Source of the DNA: Planctomycetota bacterium
GTDB lineage: Bacteria > Planctomycetota > UBA11346
Reading direction: 5' to 3'
Length of the DNA: 64,000 bases
NCBI GenBank assembly: GCA_028280785.1
Contig: JANQLF010000053.1
Location: 41,691-105,690, forward strand
Shown: positions 26,325-35,215 of the stretch, piece after piece
Numbering within the stretch: the first letter of the stretch is position 1
Layout: every line of letters begins with the position of its first letter
The notes under the pieces: model-generated
What the model was told of the DNA's origin: nothing
The model's input: only the letters and a program-made list of their open reading frames with translations
The model's database searches: none
Program-made: the position numbers and the translations under genes

Positions 26325-26625
26325 ACCACAAATCGTAACGCACAGCAAAACCAAGACTATGCCGCAATGGCACGTGGTGCTGCTCGATGATGATGATCAC
26401 AGCTATGAATACGTGATTACCATGCTCATGCGCTTGTTTGGGCACAATGCATCACAGGCCTATCAGATGGCACTCGAGGTCGACAACGCTGGCAGCGTGA
26501 TTGTCGATACCTGCAACCGTGAACGAGCCGAACTCAAGCAGGAACAGATCCATAATTTCGGTGCTGATCCGTTGATTCCAAACTGCACTGGTTCAATGAC
26601 CGCCGTCCTCGAGGCTGCTCCCTAA
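26305..26625 (+). CDS. clpS: ATP-dependent Clp protease adaptor ClpS
   Basis: The core sequence is WHVVLLDDDDHSYEYVITMLMRLFGH...A..MALEVDNAG. The ATG at 26305 overlaps batE by 20 nt. Confidence 0.85.
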   Translation: MQNQTLEPQIVTHSKTKTMPQWHVVLLDDDDHSYEYVITMLMRLFGHNASQAYQMALEVDNAGSVIVDTCNRERAELKQEQIHNFGADPLIPNCTGSMTAVLEAAP

Positions 26626-26670
26626 GGTTAGCGAGATTGCCTGTCCAAGCCGTGTTCACAAACTATAGCG

Positions 26671-28434
26671 GTGGACACAGCAGCTCACCAACAGATAGAT
26701 ACAGTACACCGCTTTGCGACTCCTGAGCATATCAGTTTTGAGTTTCGCTTAGCAGGTCCGATGGTGCGAGCGCTGGCCTGGCTCATCGATCTCTTAGTTG
26801 AAATTCTCATTATCATTGTCGCCCGCTTAGTCATCGGCCTTATCGCACCGAATCTGGGATTCTTATCGGGCATGATGTTGATTACCGTCTTTTTGGTGCT
26901 GTGGCTGTATAATTTATTGCTTGAATGGTTATGGCAGGGATTTACGCCCGGTAAAAAAGCACTTGGCATACGCGTCATCAGCTCAAATGGTTTACCGCTC
27001 ACCTTTAGTGGATCCTTCTTACGCAACACATTGCGTTACGCTGATTTTGCACCGTTATTTTATGGCGTCGGCTTAGTCTCCATGTTTTTAAGCGGGCGCT
27101 TTCAGCGTCTTGGCGATATTGCTGGCAACACCTTGGTAGTTTATGTACAAGACTCACGTAATACCAAACCATTAACCATTAAAAATAAACAAGTAGAAAA
27201 ATTATGTGATGAATTGAGTCCCGAGGTTTTGAGCTTAGTGGATGCTGAAACGGTAAAGGCGATTGCTGCCTATGCCAATTCACGCTTACATTACCACCCC
27301 GATCGACGCAATGAAATTGCCGCGCATTTAGCCGTCCCCATTGCCCAACACATTGGCTTAACTGATTACAAACCCGACATTTTACTCAGTGCTTTATACA
27401 TGCTCTTATTCCATGGTGACAGCGAACAGTCGATGGGCTCGAAGGCCGCACAGTTCCTCAGTAAACGTCGACCACTATGGCAGCGTCTCGAAAAACTGCT
27501 CAACGCCAAACCATCAGTGCAAAAAGAACATGCTGAAGAAATAGCCCGTCATTACCGTGCCGTCTGCGCTGATTTAGCCTTGGCCGATGCCTATCAATTA
27601 CCGCCACAAAATATTAATTACCTACATGGACTTGTTTCGCGGGCTCATTTACGTTTTTACCAACGTATTCAAGTTAAATTCAAAGAATTATTTACACTTG
27701 TTTTTCAAACTATTCCAGGGCGTTTATACAATGACAGTTGTTTACGCATCGCCGGTATTGCCTTCTTCGGCGTCTTTTTCTCTTGTCTTTTAATTGGCAG
27801 TATGCAAACCGATATTGCAGCAGATTATCTAGGAAAAGATCGACTGGCACATTATGAAGATATGTATGTGGAACCAGTCAATCGCGGTAACTTCGAAGAT
27901 AGTTCAGAAATGGGCGGCTTTTATATCTTCAATAATGTTGGCATTTCATTTCAGTGCTTCGCATCTGGAATATTAATTGGAATAGGCAGTCTGATCATAC
28001 TCATCTATAATGGCATTTTTCTTGGCTTAATTTTTGGCTTTATGGCTTCCGACCAAGTTGATCCAACAGTACAATCCCACTTCTTTGAATTCACTACTGC
28101 ACATGGTCCCTTTGAATTATGTGGGATTATGCTATCTGGCGCCGCTGGTCTACGGCTTGGCTTTGGTTTAATTATTACCCGTGGTCTACCGCGTTTAGAG
28201 TCGCTACAGCGATCAGCGCGTGAAGCCGTGCCACTGATGTGCGTTGCGGCAAGCTGCGTTGCGATTGCTGCACCTATTGAAGCCTTTATCAGTCCATCAG
28301 CCTTACCAATCGCTGCAAAAATTAGCGTTCAATTACTGTCGATTGCTGTTCTGCTCGGTTATTTCCTACTTGGTGCCAAATATAAAGAGGCTGATTTAAT
28401 GAAACAGCAAGAGGTTCTCTATGAATCTCAATGA
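26671..28434 (+). CDS. Fusion protein: N-terminal RDD domain plus C-terminal SpoIIM-like membrane domain
   Basis: GTG start. The RDD-like region includes RALAWLIDLLV....GKKALGIRV. The C-terminal multi-TM region looks SpoIIM-like (FTTAHGPFELCGIMLSGAAG). Confidence 0.7.
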   Translation: MDTAAHQQIDTVHRFATPEHISFEFRLAGPMVRALAWLIDLLVEILIIIVARLVIGLIAPNLGFLSGMMLITVFLVLWLYNLLLEWLWQGFTPGKKALGIRVISSNGLPLTFSGSFLRNTLRYADFAPLFYGVGLVSMFLSGRFQRLGDIAGNTLVVYVQDSRNTKPLTIKNKQVEKLCDELSPEVLSLVDAETVKAIAAYANSRLHYHPDRRNEIAAHLAVPIAQHIGLTDYKPDILLSALYMLLFHGDSEQSMGSKAAQFLSKRRPLWQRLEKLLNAKPSVQKEHAEEIARHYRAVCADLALADAYQLPPQNINYLHGLVSRAHLRFYQRIQVKFKELFTLVFQTIPGRLYNDSCLRIAGIAFFGVFFSCLLIGSMQTDIAADYLGKDRLAHYEDMYVEPVNRGNFEDSSEMGGFYIFNNVGISFQCFASGILIGIGSLIILIYNGIFLGLIFGFMASDQVDPTVQSHFFEFTTAHGPFELCGIMLSGAAGLRLGFGLIITRGLPRLESLQRSAREAVPLMCVAASCVAIAAPIEAFISPSALPIAAKISVQLLSIAVLLGYFLLGAKYKEADLMKQQEVLYESQ

Positions 28435-29215
28435 ACTCAGTATATCTGTACGCGAACGCAGTTTAGCCGAAATCTACGATCTCAGCTTTTTAGTCTGTCG
28501 TCGTTATTGGTGGCAATTAGGCCTCCTCATTTTTATCTGCTATGCACCAATTGCAGCGTTTAATTATCTATTCCTCTTTCAAAATGTTCATGATAGTAGT
28601 CGTATCATGATGTTTCACTACTTAATTGTATTTTGTGAAATTCCACTCATTACTGCGGCAGCGACAACCTTTCTTGGTAATGCTCTTTTTCATGGCAATA
28701 CCGGTATTCGCTATTGTCTGAGCCAGGCATCTAAAAAGTTTTTTTGTCTTTTCTTTTATGGCGTTCTCAAAGGCACTTTAATCATTGCGCCAGCACAGAT
28801 GGTCGAGGTCTATATGCTCGAGCAACTTAAAGGTAGCCGTGCCTGGAAACGCGGCATGCGCTTGATGTCAGGCTGGCGACAGGACTACCTAGCTCAAATG
28901 ATGATTAATAGTGGATTAGTGGTCTGTTCATTCATTTTATTTAATTTGTTAATCCACCATGCCGGCGAATTATTTATGTACTCACGAAATCCATTCCAGC
29001 TATCCACGAAAGTGTTCGAGGCAGTTGCGGATAGCTCACCTGCATTTGCACTTCACGAGTCAATTATTGGCCATCTCTATTTATTCCCCCTGATAATGTA
29101 TTTTACCGTAGTGCGTTTCCTTTCCTATATCAACTTACGGACCGTACGCGAAGGTTGGTCGACTGAACTACAAATTAAAATTGCTGCGCAACGGCTTTTT
29201 GGAAATAAGCAATGA
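28421..29215 (+). CDS. Integral membrane protein, function unknown
   Basis: 264-aa multi-TM ORF. It overlaps the upstream gene by 14 nt. Confidence 0.5.
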   Translation: MNLNELSISVRERSLAEIYDLSFLVCRRYWWQLGLLIFICYAPIAAFNYLFLFQNVHDSSRIMMFHYLIVFCEIPLITAAATTFLGNALFHGNTGIRYCLSQASKKFFCLFFYGVLKGTLIIAPAQMVEVYMLEQLKGSRAWKRGMRLMSGWRQDYLAQMMINSGLVVCSFILFNLLIHHAGELFMYSRNPFQLSTKVFEAVADSSPAFALHESIIGHLYLFPLIMYFTVVRFLSYINLRTVREGWSTELQIKIAAQRLFGNKQ

Positions 29216-29910
29216 GAATTATAATACTATGTCTGCTTATTCTTGCTCAGCTACCGGCTGAAGACGTGATCCAAGAAAAATTAAGAGATCAAAATGCAGG
29301 CTGGTATAATACGCAACAGGACCAAATACAACGCACGAGCATCAGTATTGACACGCGTAACGACCAAGAAGGCAGTGGTGCTACTGGTTTGTATGATCTT
29401 TTGCTTATGTTTATCTATGGCATTATTATTGCGCTGGTTATCTATTTGGTTTATGTATTCATCAGCACCTTTGTCCGGCACAAAGAAATCGTTCAGGAAC
29501 AAAGCAGGATTAATGACGGTGCAAACCACGTCAAATCGATTCAGGTCAGTGACCTACCTTTCCAAACCCAAACACCTATCGATAACCCTCGAGCAGCACT
29601 GGATAATGCCTATCAGCAAAAAGACTGGGCTCATGTCGTCATATTTGCTCTTTTGCTTTTATTGACGGAATTCCATAAATCGCAATTGCTTCATTTGCGT
29701 CGCGGAAAAACCAACCGCTCTTATTTACGCGAAATGCGTAGCGCACCAAAAGAATTTCAACGTACCCTACAGTTGAGCGTGCAATTATTCGAGCAAAGTT
29801 TCTTTGGCCATGTGGATATTGCCAATAACCAAGTGCAGCAACTTTATAAGCGAGTGTGCGAAACCCATCAGCATCTCCAAGATGAACGTCAGGAACATGT
29901 TCATGCGTAA
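29212..29910 (+). CDS. DUF4129-like membrane protein
   Basis: It has a signal peptide, one TM helix and a C-terminal helical region (SYLREMRSAPKEF...LFEQSFFGH). The context matches MoxR/DUF58 clusters. Confidence 0.5.
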   Translation: MRIIILCLLILAQLPAEDVIQEKLRDQNAGWYNTQQDQIQRTSISIDTRNDQEGSGATGLYDLLLMFIYGIIIALVIYLVYVFISTFVRHKEIVQEQSRINDGANHVKSIQVSDLPFQTQTPIDNPRAALDNAYQQKDWAHVVIFALLLLLTEFHKSQLLHLRRGKTNRSYLREMRSAPKEFQRTLQLSVQLFEQSFFGHVDIANNQVQQLYKRVCETHQHLQDERQEHVHA

Positions 29911-31114
29911 GTGTTCCTGTTTATTAATTATCTTGTTTTTAGTTTCATGTAATACTATAGAAACTCATTACGGAGGCTCCGCTAAACAGAGCATTAATGG
30001 TAGTCGCATCCTGAAGGCAGTTTGGACTGATGCCCTTGACTTACAATTTCACCGTTATCGAAGCGACAAATTAGACAAAGCAGATTTGCTCATTCATTTC
30101 GTTGAAGACATCCAATTCAATATTAACGACAATGGCTTTGATTTAGATGATCTGGCCCGCATCGAGGAAGATAACGATTGGGATGATCAAATAGATTTGC
30201 GCAGTCACGCTCAGTGGATTCGTGATTGGCTCAACGCCGGAAAGAAACGCCAATTCGTACTCATACTACGTGATGGCAATGTCGCGCCGCAATTATGCAA
30301 TACCTGGGCCGATGAGTTAGAGGCATCGATAAAGAATAATCCGGGCAATGATAAAAACGAAGAGTTACAATTGCAGGTTGATGAACTACGCAAACTCGCG
30401 CTAGCGAATTTCAGCACGCCGTTAGTTGAATACCCAGATTCAGAGGACTTTTATTTCTTCAGCGTGCATGGCCGTGAAGCACAACAAGCACAACAGGTAG
30501 AAGGCATCTACAACGGACCCGCCCCTGCAACGCTGCGCACACGATCGTCTTTGTCAGCCAAAAAAGCTAAGCCGCTTTTTGTTGTTGATCGACGCAATTT
30601 TGGCATCGAAGTACCATTCAAAAGCAGCCGACTCATTATCATCGCCAACGCAACAGCGATGCTCGATGCGGCCTTGGTCGACCATCATGCGCGTAACATG
30701 CTCAATGCATTGACCGAACACATACAAGGATGGGAACACCAGCATGGCGTGTGGCTCCACCACCCTTATCCACGCAGCCATACACCTGAGCCGCCAAATG
30801 TACTAGCAATGTTATTTAGTCAGAAACCATTTAATTATATTATTATTCACGCCTTTGTCTTTCTGTTTGCTTTTCTTTTTTGGAAAGCCTGTTGGCTTGG
30901 TCGCAAACGATCGCGCCGACGCGCCGTGCAAGAACAGTTCGACCGTCACGTCGAAGCGCTGGCCTTTCAACTAAGCAAACAAAAAGACTATACCGGACAG
31001 CACAAAGCCATAGCTCGTGCCGCTGGTAAAGAAACAAACTATGAAGCGATTGCTAATGACGCAGAGGCCATCGCCAGTATTCAAAATATGTACGACGAAA
31101 AACATAAAGGTTAA
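29903..31114 (+). CDS. DUF4350-like lipoprotein with a C-terminal TM helix
   Basis: The ATG at 29903 (or 29897) overlaps the upstream stop. A lipobox is present (LFLVSC). The family call rests on context and is tentative. Confidence 0.5.
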   Translation: MRKCSCLLIILFLVSCNTIETHYGGSAKQSINGSRILKAVWTDALDLQFHRYRSDKLDKADLLIHFVEDIQFNINDNGFDLDDLARIEEDNDWDDQIDLRSHAQWIRDWLNAGKKRQFVLILRDGNVAPQLCNTWADELEASIKNNPGNDKNEELQLQVDELRKLALANFSTPLVEYPDSEDFYFFSVHGREAQQAQQVEGIYNGPAPATLRTRSSLSAKKAKPLFVVDRRNFGIEVPFKSSRLIIIANATAMLDAALVDHHARNMLNALTEHIQGWEHQHGVWLHHPYPRSHTPEPPNVLAMLFSQKPFNYIIIHAFVFLFAFLFWKACWLGRKRSRRRAVQEQFDRHVEALAFQLSKQKDYTGQHKAIARAAGKETNYEAIANDAEAIASIQNMYDEKHKG

Positions 31115-31117
31115 TGT

Positions 31118-32137
31118 ATGGACATGACACCAAACCCCACTCCGCATGACGATGTAGCTGATCCTATCGATACAGATCCGGTACAAGAGACGCAAAACAT
31201 TATTCACGCCATACGCAGTGAACTCAGTAAGCTGTTTATCGGCCAAGAACATTTAGTTACTGGCGTCATTACCGCTCTGATAGCCAATGGCCATGTTTTA
31301 GTCGAAAGTCTACCTGGACTTGGAAAAACTTTATTAGTCAAGGCTGTGAGTAAAATTGTCGGTCTCGACAGTAATCGTATTCAGTTCACTCCTGACTTGA
31401 TGCCGAGTGATATCACTGGTAGCCATGTATTTGATATGGCTGAACGTCAATTCGTTTTCCACAAGGGACCAGTATTTACCCAGTTTCTACTTGCTGATGA
31501 ATTTAATAGAGCACCGGCGAAAACACACGCTGCTTTATTAGAAGTTATGCAAGAGGGTCACGTTACCCTCGACGGCCAAACCCATGTGCTGCAAAAACCA
31601 TTCTTTGTCATGGCCACACAGAATCCGATTGAAAATGAAGGCACCTATAATTTACCTGAAGCACAATTAGATCGCTTCCTATTTAAATTAGTATTGGAGT
31701 ACCCAGAACAAAATGAGGAAAAAGACATCCTGCGCTTATTCCTTGCAGGTACATCACCATATGATGTCCTCGAAAAAGATGTTTCTGCGGTGACCAATGC
31801 CGAACAGTTGCGCGCAATGCAAGATCAAGCAGCACACGTCGTTGTTGACGATAGTGTTGTCGATTACATTACCAATATTGTCCGGCAAACGCGCAACTAT
31901 CCGGGCTTGTATTTAGGTGCGAGCCCGCGCGCCAGCATTTCTATTTTAACCGGCAGCCGGGCATTGGCCTTGATGAATGGTCGCAATTTTGTTGTGCCTG
32001 ATGATGTCCGTGACGTGGTACTCATGTCCTTACGTCATAGGGTTATTCTCAGCCCTGAAGCAGAAATTGAAGGCAAGACGGTTGATAATTTACTAGAACA
32101 ATTAATTCAAAGCATCGAAGTGCCACGAGGACGTTAA
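31118..32137 (+). CDS. MoxR-family AAA+ ATPase (second module)
   Basis: Motifs SLPGLGKT, LLADEFNRAPAK and QNPIENEGTYNLPEAQLDRF are present. It is a clear paralogue of 17322..18290. Confidence 0.9.
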   Translation: MDMTPNPTPHDDVADPIDTDPVQETQNIIHAIRSELSKLFIGQEHLVTGVITALIANGHVLVESLPGLGKTLLVKAVSKIVGLDSNRIQFTPDLMPSDITGSHVFDMAERQFVFHKGPVFTQFLLADEFNRAPAKTHAALLEVMQEGHVTLDGQTHVLQKPFFVMATQNPIENEGTYNLPEAQLDRFLFKLVLEYPEQNEEKDILRLFLAGTSPYDVLEKDVSAVTNAEQLRAMQDQAAHVVVDDSVVDYITNIVRQTRNYPGLYLGASPRASISILTGSRALALMNGRNFVVPDDVRDVVLMSLRHRVILSPEAEIEGKTVDNLLEQLIQSIEVPRGR

Positions 32138-33475
32138 GTGAACGGTATTTACCCATCACGCTTACTGGTCCTACTCTTACTTGGGCCATGCCTGCTCTCG
32201 GCCATGCTGATCTTTGATGATCGATTGGCTGCAGGCATCTATCTGCTTGATGCTGTTATTGTTATCTTGGTATTATTTGATTTTTTTGCTGGACGCATTA
32301 ATCCGAAAAACGTTCACATTGAAACGCGCATTCCAAGTACTTGGTCATTAGGACGCAGCGAGGATATTTTAATTCGCTGTGAGTACCATGGACAACGCCC
32401 GCGACTTGGTCGCATTCGTCTCGATTTGCCACCGCATGTTTACGCAAAACCTGACGTCGTTGGTGTTGTCCTTGATGAAAAACACATTCTCGAAATCAAT
32501 CTCCAAGTCTATGCTAGTCAACGTGGACGCGTTGAACTTGACGGTGTGTTTGTCGAAGTTCGCAGCATATTTGGTTTGTGGAATTCCCATTACCAACTCG
32601 GCAAGAAGCAAACTGTCTTTGTTTATCCAAACATTAAACAATTAAGTGACTACGCACTGTTAGCACGCACTAACCGTCTCGCACTTATTGGCGTTCGTAA
32701 AATGCGCACGATTGGTGGTGATACTGACTTTGAACGTTTACGTGATTATCAATCTGATGATCCCATTCAGCGCATTGATTGGAAGGCCAGTGCCCGTCGC
32801 GATGAATTAATCGTTCGCGACTATCAACCAAACCAAAGTCAAAGCATCATGCTCATGATCGATGCCGGTCGGATGATGGTAACTAAAAACGAGGGCAGTG
32901 ATAAACACCAATACACGATGTTGGATCACGCAATTAACGCGAGTTTATTACTGGCTTACGTGGCCATTAAACAAGGTGATCGTGTCGGTCTTATTGCTTA
33001 CGCCGATGGCATTAAACGCTTTGTCCCCTGTGCTGGTGGTGAAAAGCAAATTCACAAGCTGATTCACGCCGTACATGATGTGCATGCCGAATTAGTCGAA
33101 AGCCATCACGAGGAGGCATTTTTATATTTACAAAAAATGGAGCGTAAGCGTAGCTTGGTCGTGATGTTCAGCCATGTACTCGACGATGTCAACGCCATGC
33201 ACATTGAACAACAATGTAAAAACCTTGTCGGCCGTCATCTCCCCCTCGCTGTTTTACTACGTGACCAAAGCTTGCACCAACATGTCGAGCAAGCGCCAAC
33301 CAGCTCAAAGAAACTATGGTTGACTACGGCCGCTGCTCATATTTGTAATTGGCGCCAAGATTTAATTGACCGACTCAGCGCACATGGCAGTTTAGTCCTC
33401 GACAGCGACCCTGATGATCTCAATGCTGGTGTTATTAGTCGCTACTTGGAACTCAAAGCAAAACATTTAATTTGA
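32138..33475 (+). CDS. DUF58 protein with an N-terminal membrane anchor (second module)
   Basis: GTG start directly abutting the moxR stop. Motifs DFERLRDYQSDDPIQRIDW and MLMIDAGRMM are present. Confidence 0.8.
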   Translation: MNGIYPSRLLVLLLLGPCLLSAMLIFDDRLAAGIYLLDAVIVILVLFDFFAGRINPKNVHIETRIPSTWSLGRSEDILIRCEYHGQRPRLGRIRLDLPPHVYAKPDVVGVVLDEKHILEINLQVYASQRGRVELDGVFVEVRSIFGLWNSHYQLGKKQTVFVYPNIKQLSDYALLARTNRLALIGVRKMRTIGGDTDFERLRDYQSDDPIQRIDWKASARRDELIVRDYQPNQSQSIMLMIDAGRMMVTKNEGSDKHQYTMLDHAINASLLLAYVAIKQGDRVGLIAYADGIKRFVPCAGGEKQIHKLIHAVHDVHAELVESHHEEAFLYLQKMERKRSLVVMFSHVLDDVNAMHIEQQCKNLVGRHLPLAVLLRDQSLHQHVEQAPTSSKKLWLTTAAAHICNWRQDLIDRLSAHGSLVLDSDPDDLNAGVISRYLELKAKHLI

Positions 33476-33476
33476 A

Positions 33477-34295
33477 ATGAACCTTTTATTTGACACACAT
33501 TGCCATTTGACCCATGGCAAACTAAACAACGAAACAGCAGAGATTATTCAGCGTTCAAAGGACGCCGGTTTAATGCATGCGATAACGATTGGCACCGGTA
33601 TCGCCGATGGCAAGGCCTGTCGCGAACTCGTAGCACAGCACCCGGATTTTTTACATTGCTCCATCGGCATCGATCCATTTTCATGCCATGATGCCGGCGA
33701 TGCCTTACCTGAGCATCTGCAAGAACTTGATAGTTTATTAGGCAGCGGTGACTTTGTTGCTCTCGGCGAAGTTGGCCTTGATTATCATTATGATTTAAAA
33801 CCACATAAAGAACAACGTGAAGACTTCGAAGCACAATTAGCGCTAGCGCAAAAGCATGACTTGCCGGTTATTATTCATGTACGCGATGCTCATGAAGACA
33901 TGCTCGATTGTTTAAAGCAACATCCTGAAAACCGTGGTATTATTCACAGCTTCACTGGTGGTCCAACAGAAGCTGAAGCCTATCTGGCTCTCGATAAATG
34001 GATGTTGAGTTTTAATGGAATCTGCACGTTTAAAAATGCCAAGGACGTTGCTGAAGCTGCCGTCCTTACACCAAATGACCATTTATTAATTGAAACCGAC
34101 AGTCCTTACTTAGCACCCGTACCCTTACGTGGGAAGCGCTGTGAACCTGCCTATGTCTCTCATACTGCCGCATTCTTAGCCGAACAACGCGGTCAGCGTA
34201 GTGACGATATCGCAGCTTGGACTTGTAAAAATGCTTGTCAGTTATTTGGCTTGATGGAACTGTGGCCAGAACAAGCTCCTCCCTGGCAAAGCTAA
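33477..34295 (+). CDS. tatD: TatD-family metal-dependent hydrolase/DNase
   Basis: Motifs LFDTHCHL, GEVGLDYHY, IIHVRDA, IHSFTG and IETDSPYL are present. Confidence 0.9.
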   Translation: MNLLFDTHCHLTHGKLNNETAEIIQRSKDAGLMHAITIGTGIADGKACRELVAQHPDFLHCSIGIDPFSCHDAGDALPEHLQELDSLLGSGDFVALGEVGLDYHYDLKPHKEQREDFEAQLALAQKHDLPVIIHVRDAHEDMLDCLKQHPENRGIIHSFTGGPTEAEAYLALDKWMLSFNGICTFKNAKDVAEAAVLTPNDHLLIETDSPYLAPVPLRGKRCEPAYVSHTAAFLAEQRGQRSDDIAAWTCKNACQLFGLMELWPEQAPPWQS

Positions 34296-34381
34296 GTACA
34301 CCGCATTACTGCGTCTACGTCAGCGAAAGTATGCATTGATGCGTGGCAAATTAATGCACACTAATCAGCAGGAGTTCAGTC

Positions 34382-34753
34382 ATGAAGTGTCCAAAATGCA
34401 GTGGAAACCTCAAAGCAGTTATTGCCAATGGTATTGAAATTGATCAATGCGATAATTGTAATGGTATTTGGTTCGATGTTGGTGAACTCGATTGGTTATT
34501 AGATGTACCAAAGCTCGAAGTTAAGGATGAGGTCAGTAACGAACATCCTGTCCTAGATCAGCAACGCGGCGCCTGCCCACGCTGTGGCGGTACCGGTCAC
34601 ATGATTCGTTTATGGATGCCAGATAGCGATATTTATGTTGACGCTTGCCCCACCTGCTCAGGTCGTTGGTTAGACGGCGGTGAGCTGAGTGAATTACGCA
34701 ATGCCAAACGTGCTGAGCAATTACGCAATTTCATGAAGAGCGCAAAAAAGTAG
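34382..34753 (+). CDS. Tandem TFIIB-type zinc-ribbon protein
   Basis: There are two CxxC...CxxC units (CPKC..CDNC and CPRC..CPTC), each followed by WFD/WLDGGEL. Confidence 0.7.
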   Translation: MKCPKCSGNLKAVIANGIEIDQCDNCNGIWFDVGELDWLLDVPKLEVKDEVSNEHPVLDQQRGACPRCGGTGHMIRLWMPDSDIYVDACPTCSGRWLDGGELSELRNAKRAEQLRNFMKSAKK

Positions 34754-34765
34754 GATCGCAAAACA

Positions 34766-35215
34766 ATGGACGCAGGTAAACTTGTAGGAAATTATTTACG
34801 CATTCTTGGGTTCGCATCGCTTATCTGTATGTTGGTAACCATGCTCTACAATAATATCGTTACCATAAACCTCAGCTTTATTCTGTTAATTTGGGCGGGT
34901 AGCGAATTAACCCGACACAATGCCACTGCTCGTACCTGGATCATACGTTTTTCGTTTCTAGCCATTGTCCTCACTATTGGGACCTGTGTGTATATTGGCT
35001 TAATGAGTAAAGAAAATGTAACCCTCGTTCTCTTTGGCGTCTTATTAAGCAATATACCGATTTGGCTCTTTTATGTCACTATGGGTGGCATTGTTATTCT
35101 GTGCGCCGTGCCGCCATTCTATTTAATTCGTGAAGGTGCATCTGCATTTGGAAATGAGCAGAGCATTGAACACTTAGGGGACCGCACAGACAGTCCAACT
35201 GCCGTAGAGGCTTAG
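34766..35215 (+). CDS. Membrane protein, function unknown
   Basis: 149 aa with four hydrophobic helices. Confidence 0.45.
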   Translation: MDAGKLVGNYLRILGFASLICMLVTMLYNNIVTINLSFILLIWAGSELTRHNATARTWIIRFSFLAIVLTIGTCVYIGLMSKENVTLVLFGVLLSNIPIWLFYVTMGGIVILCAVPPFYLIREGASAFGNEQSIEHLGDRTDSPTAVEA

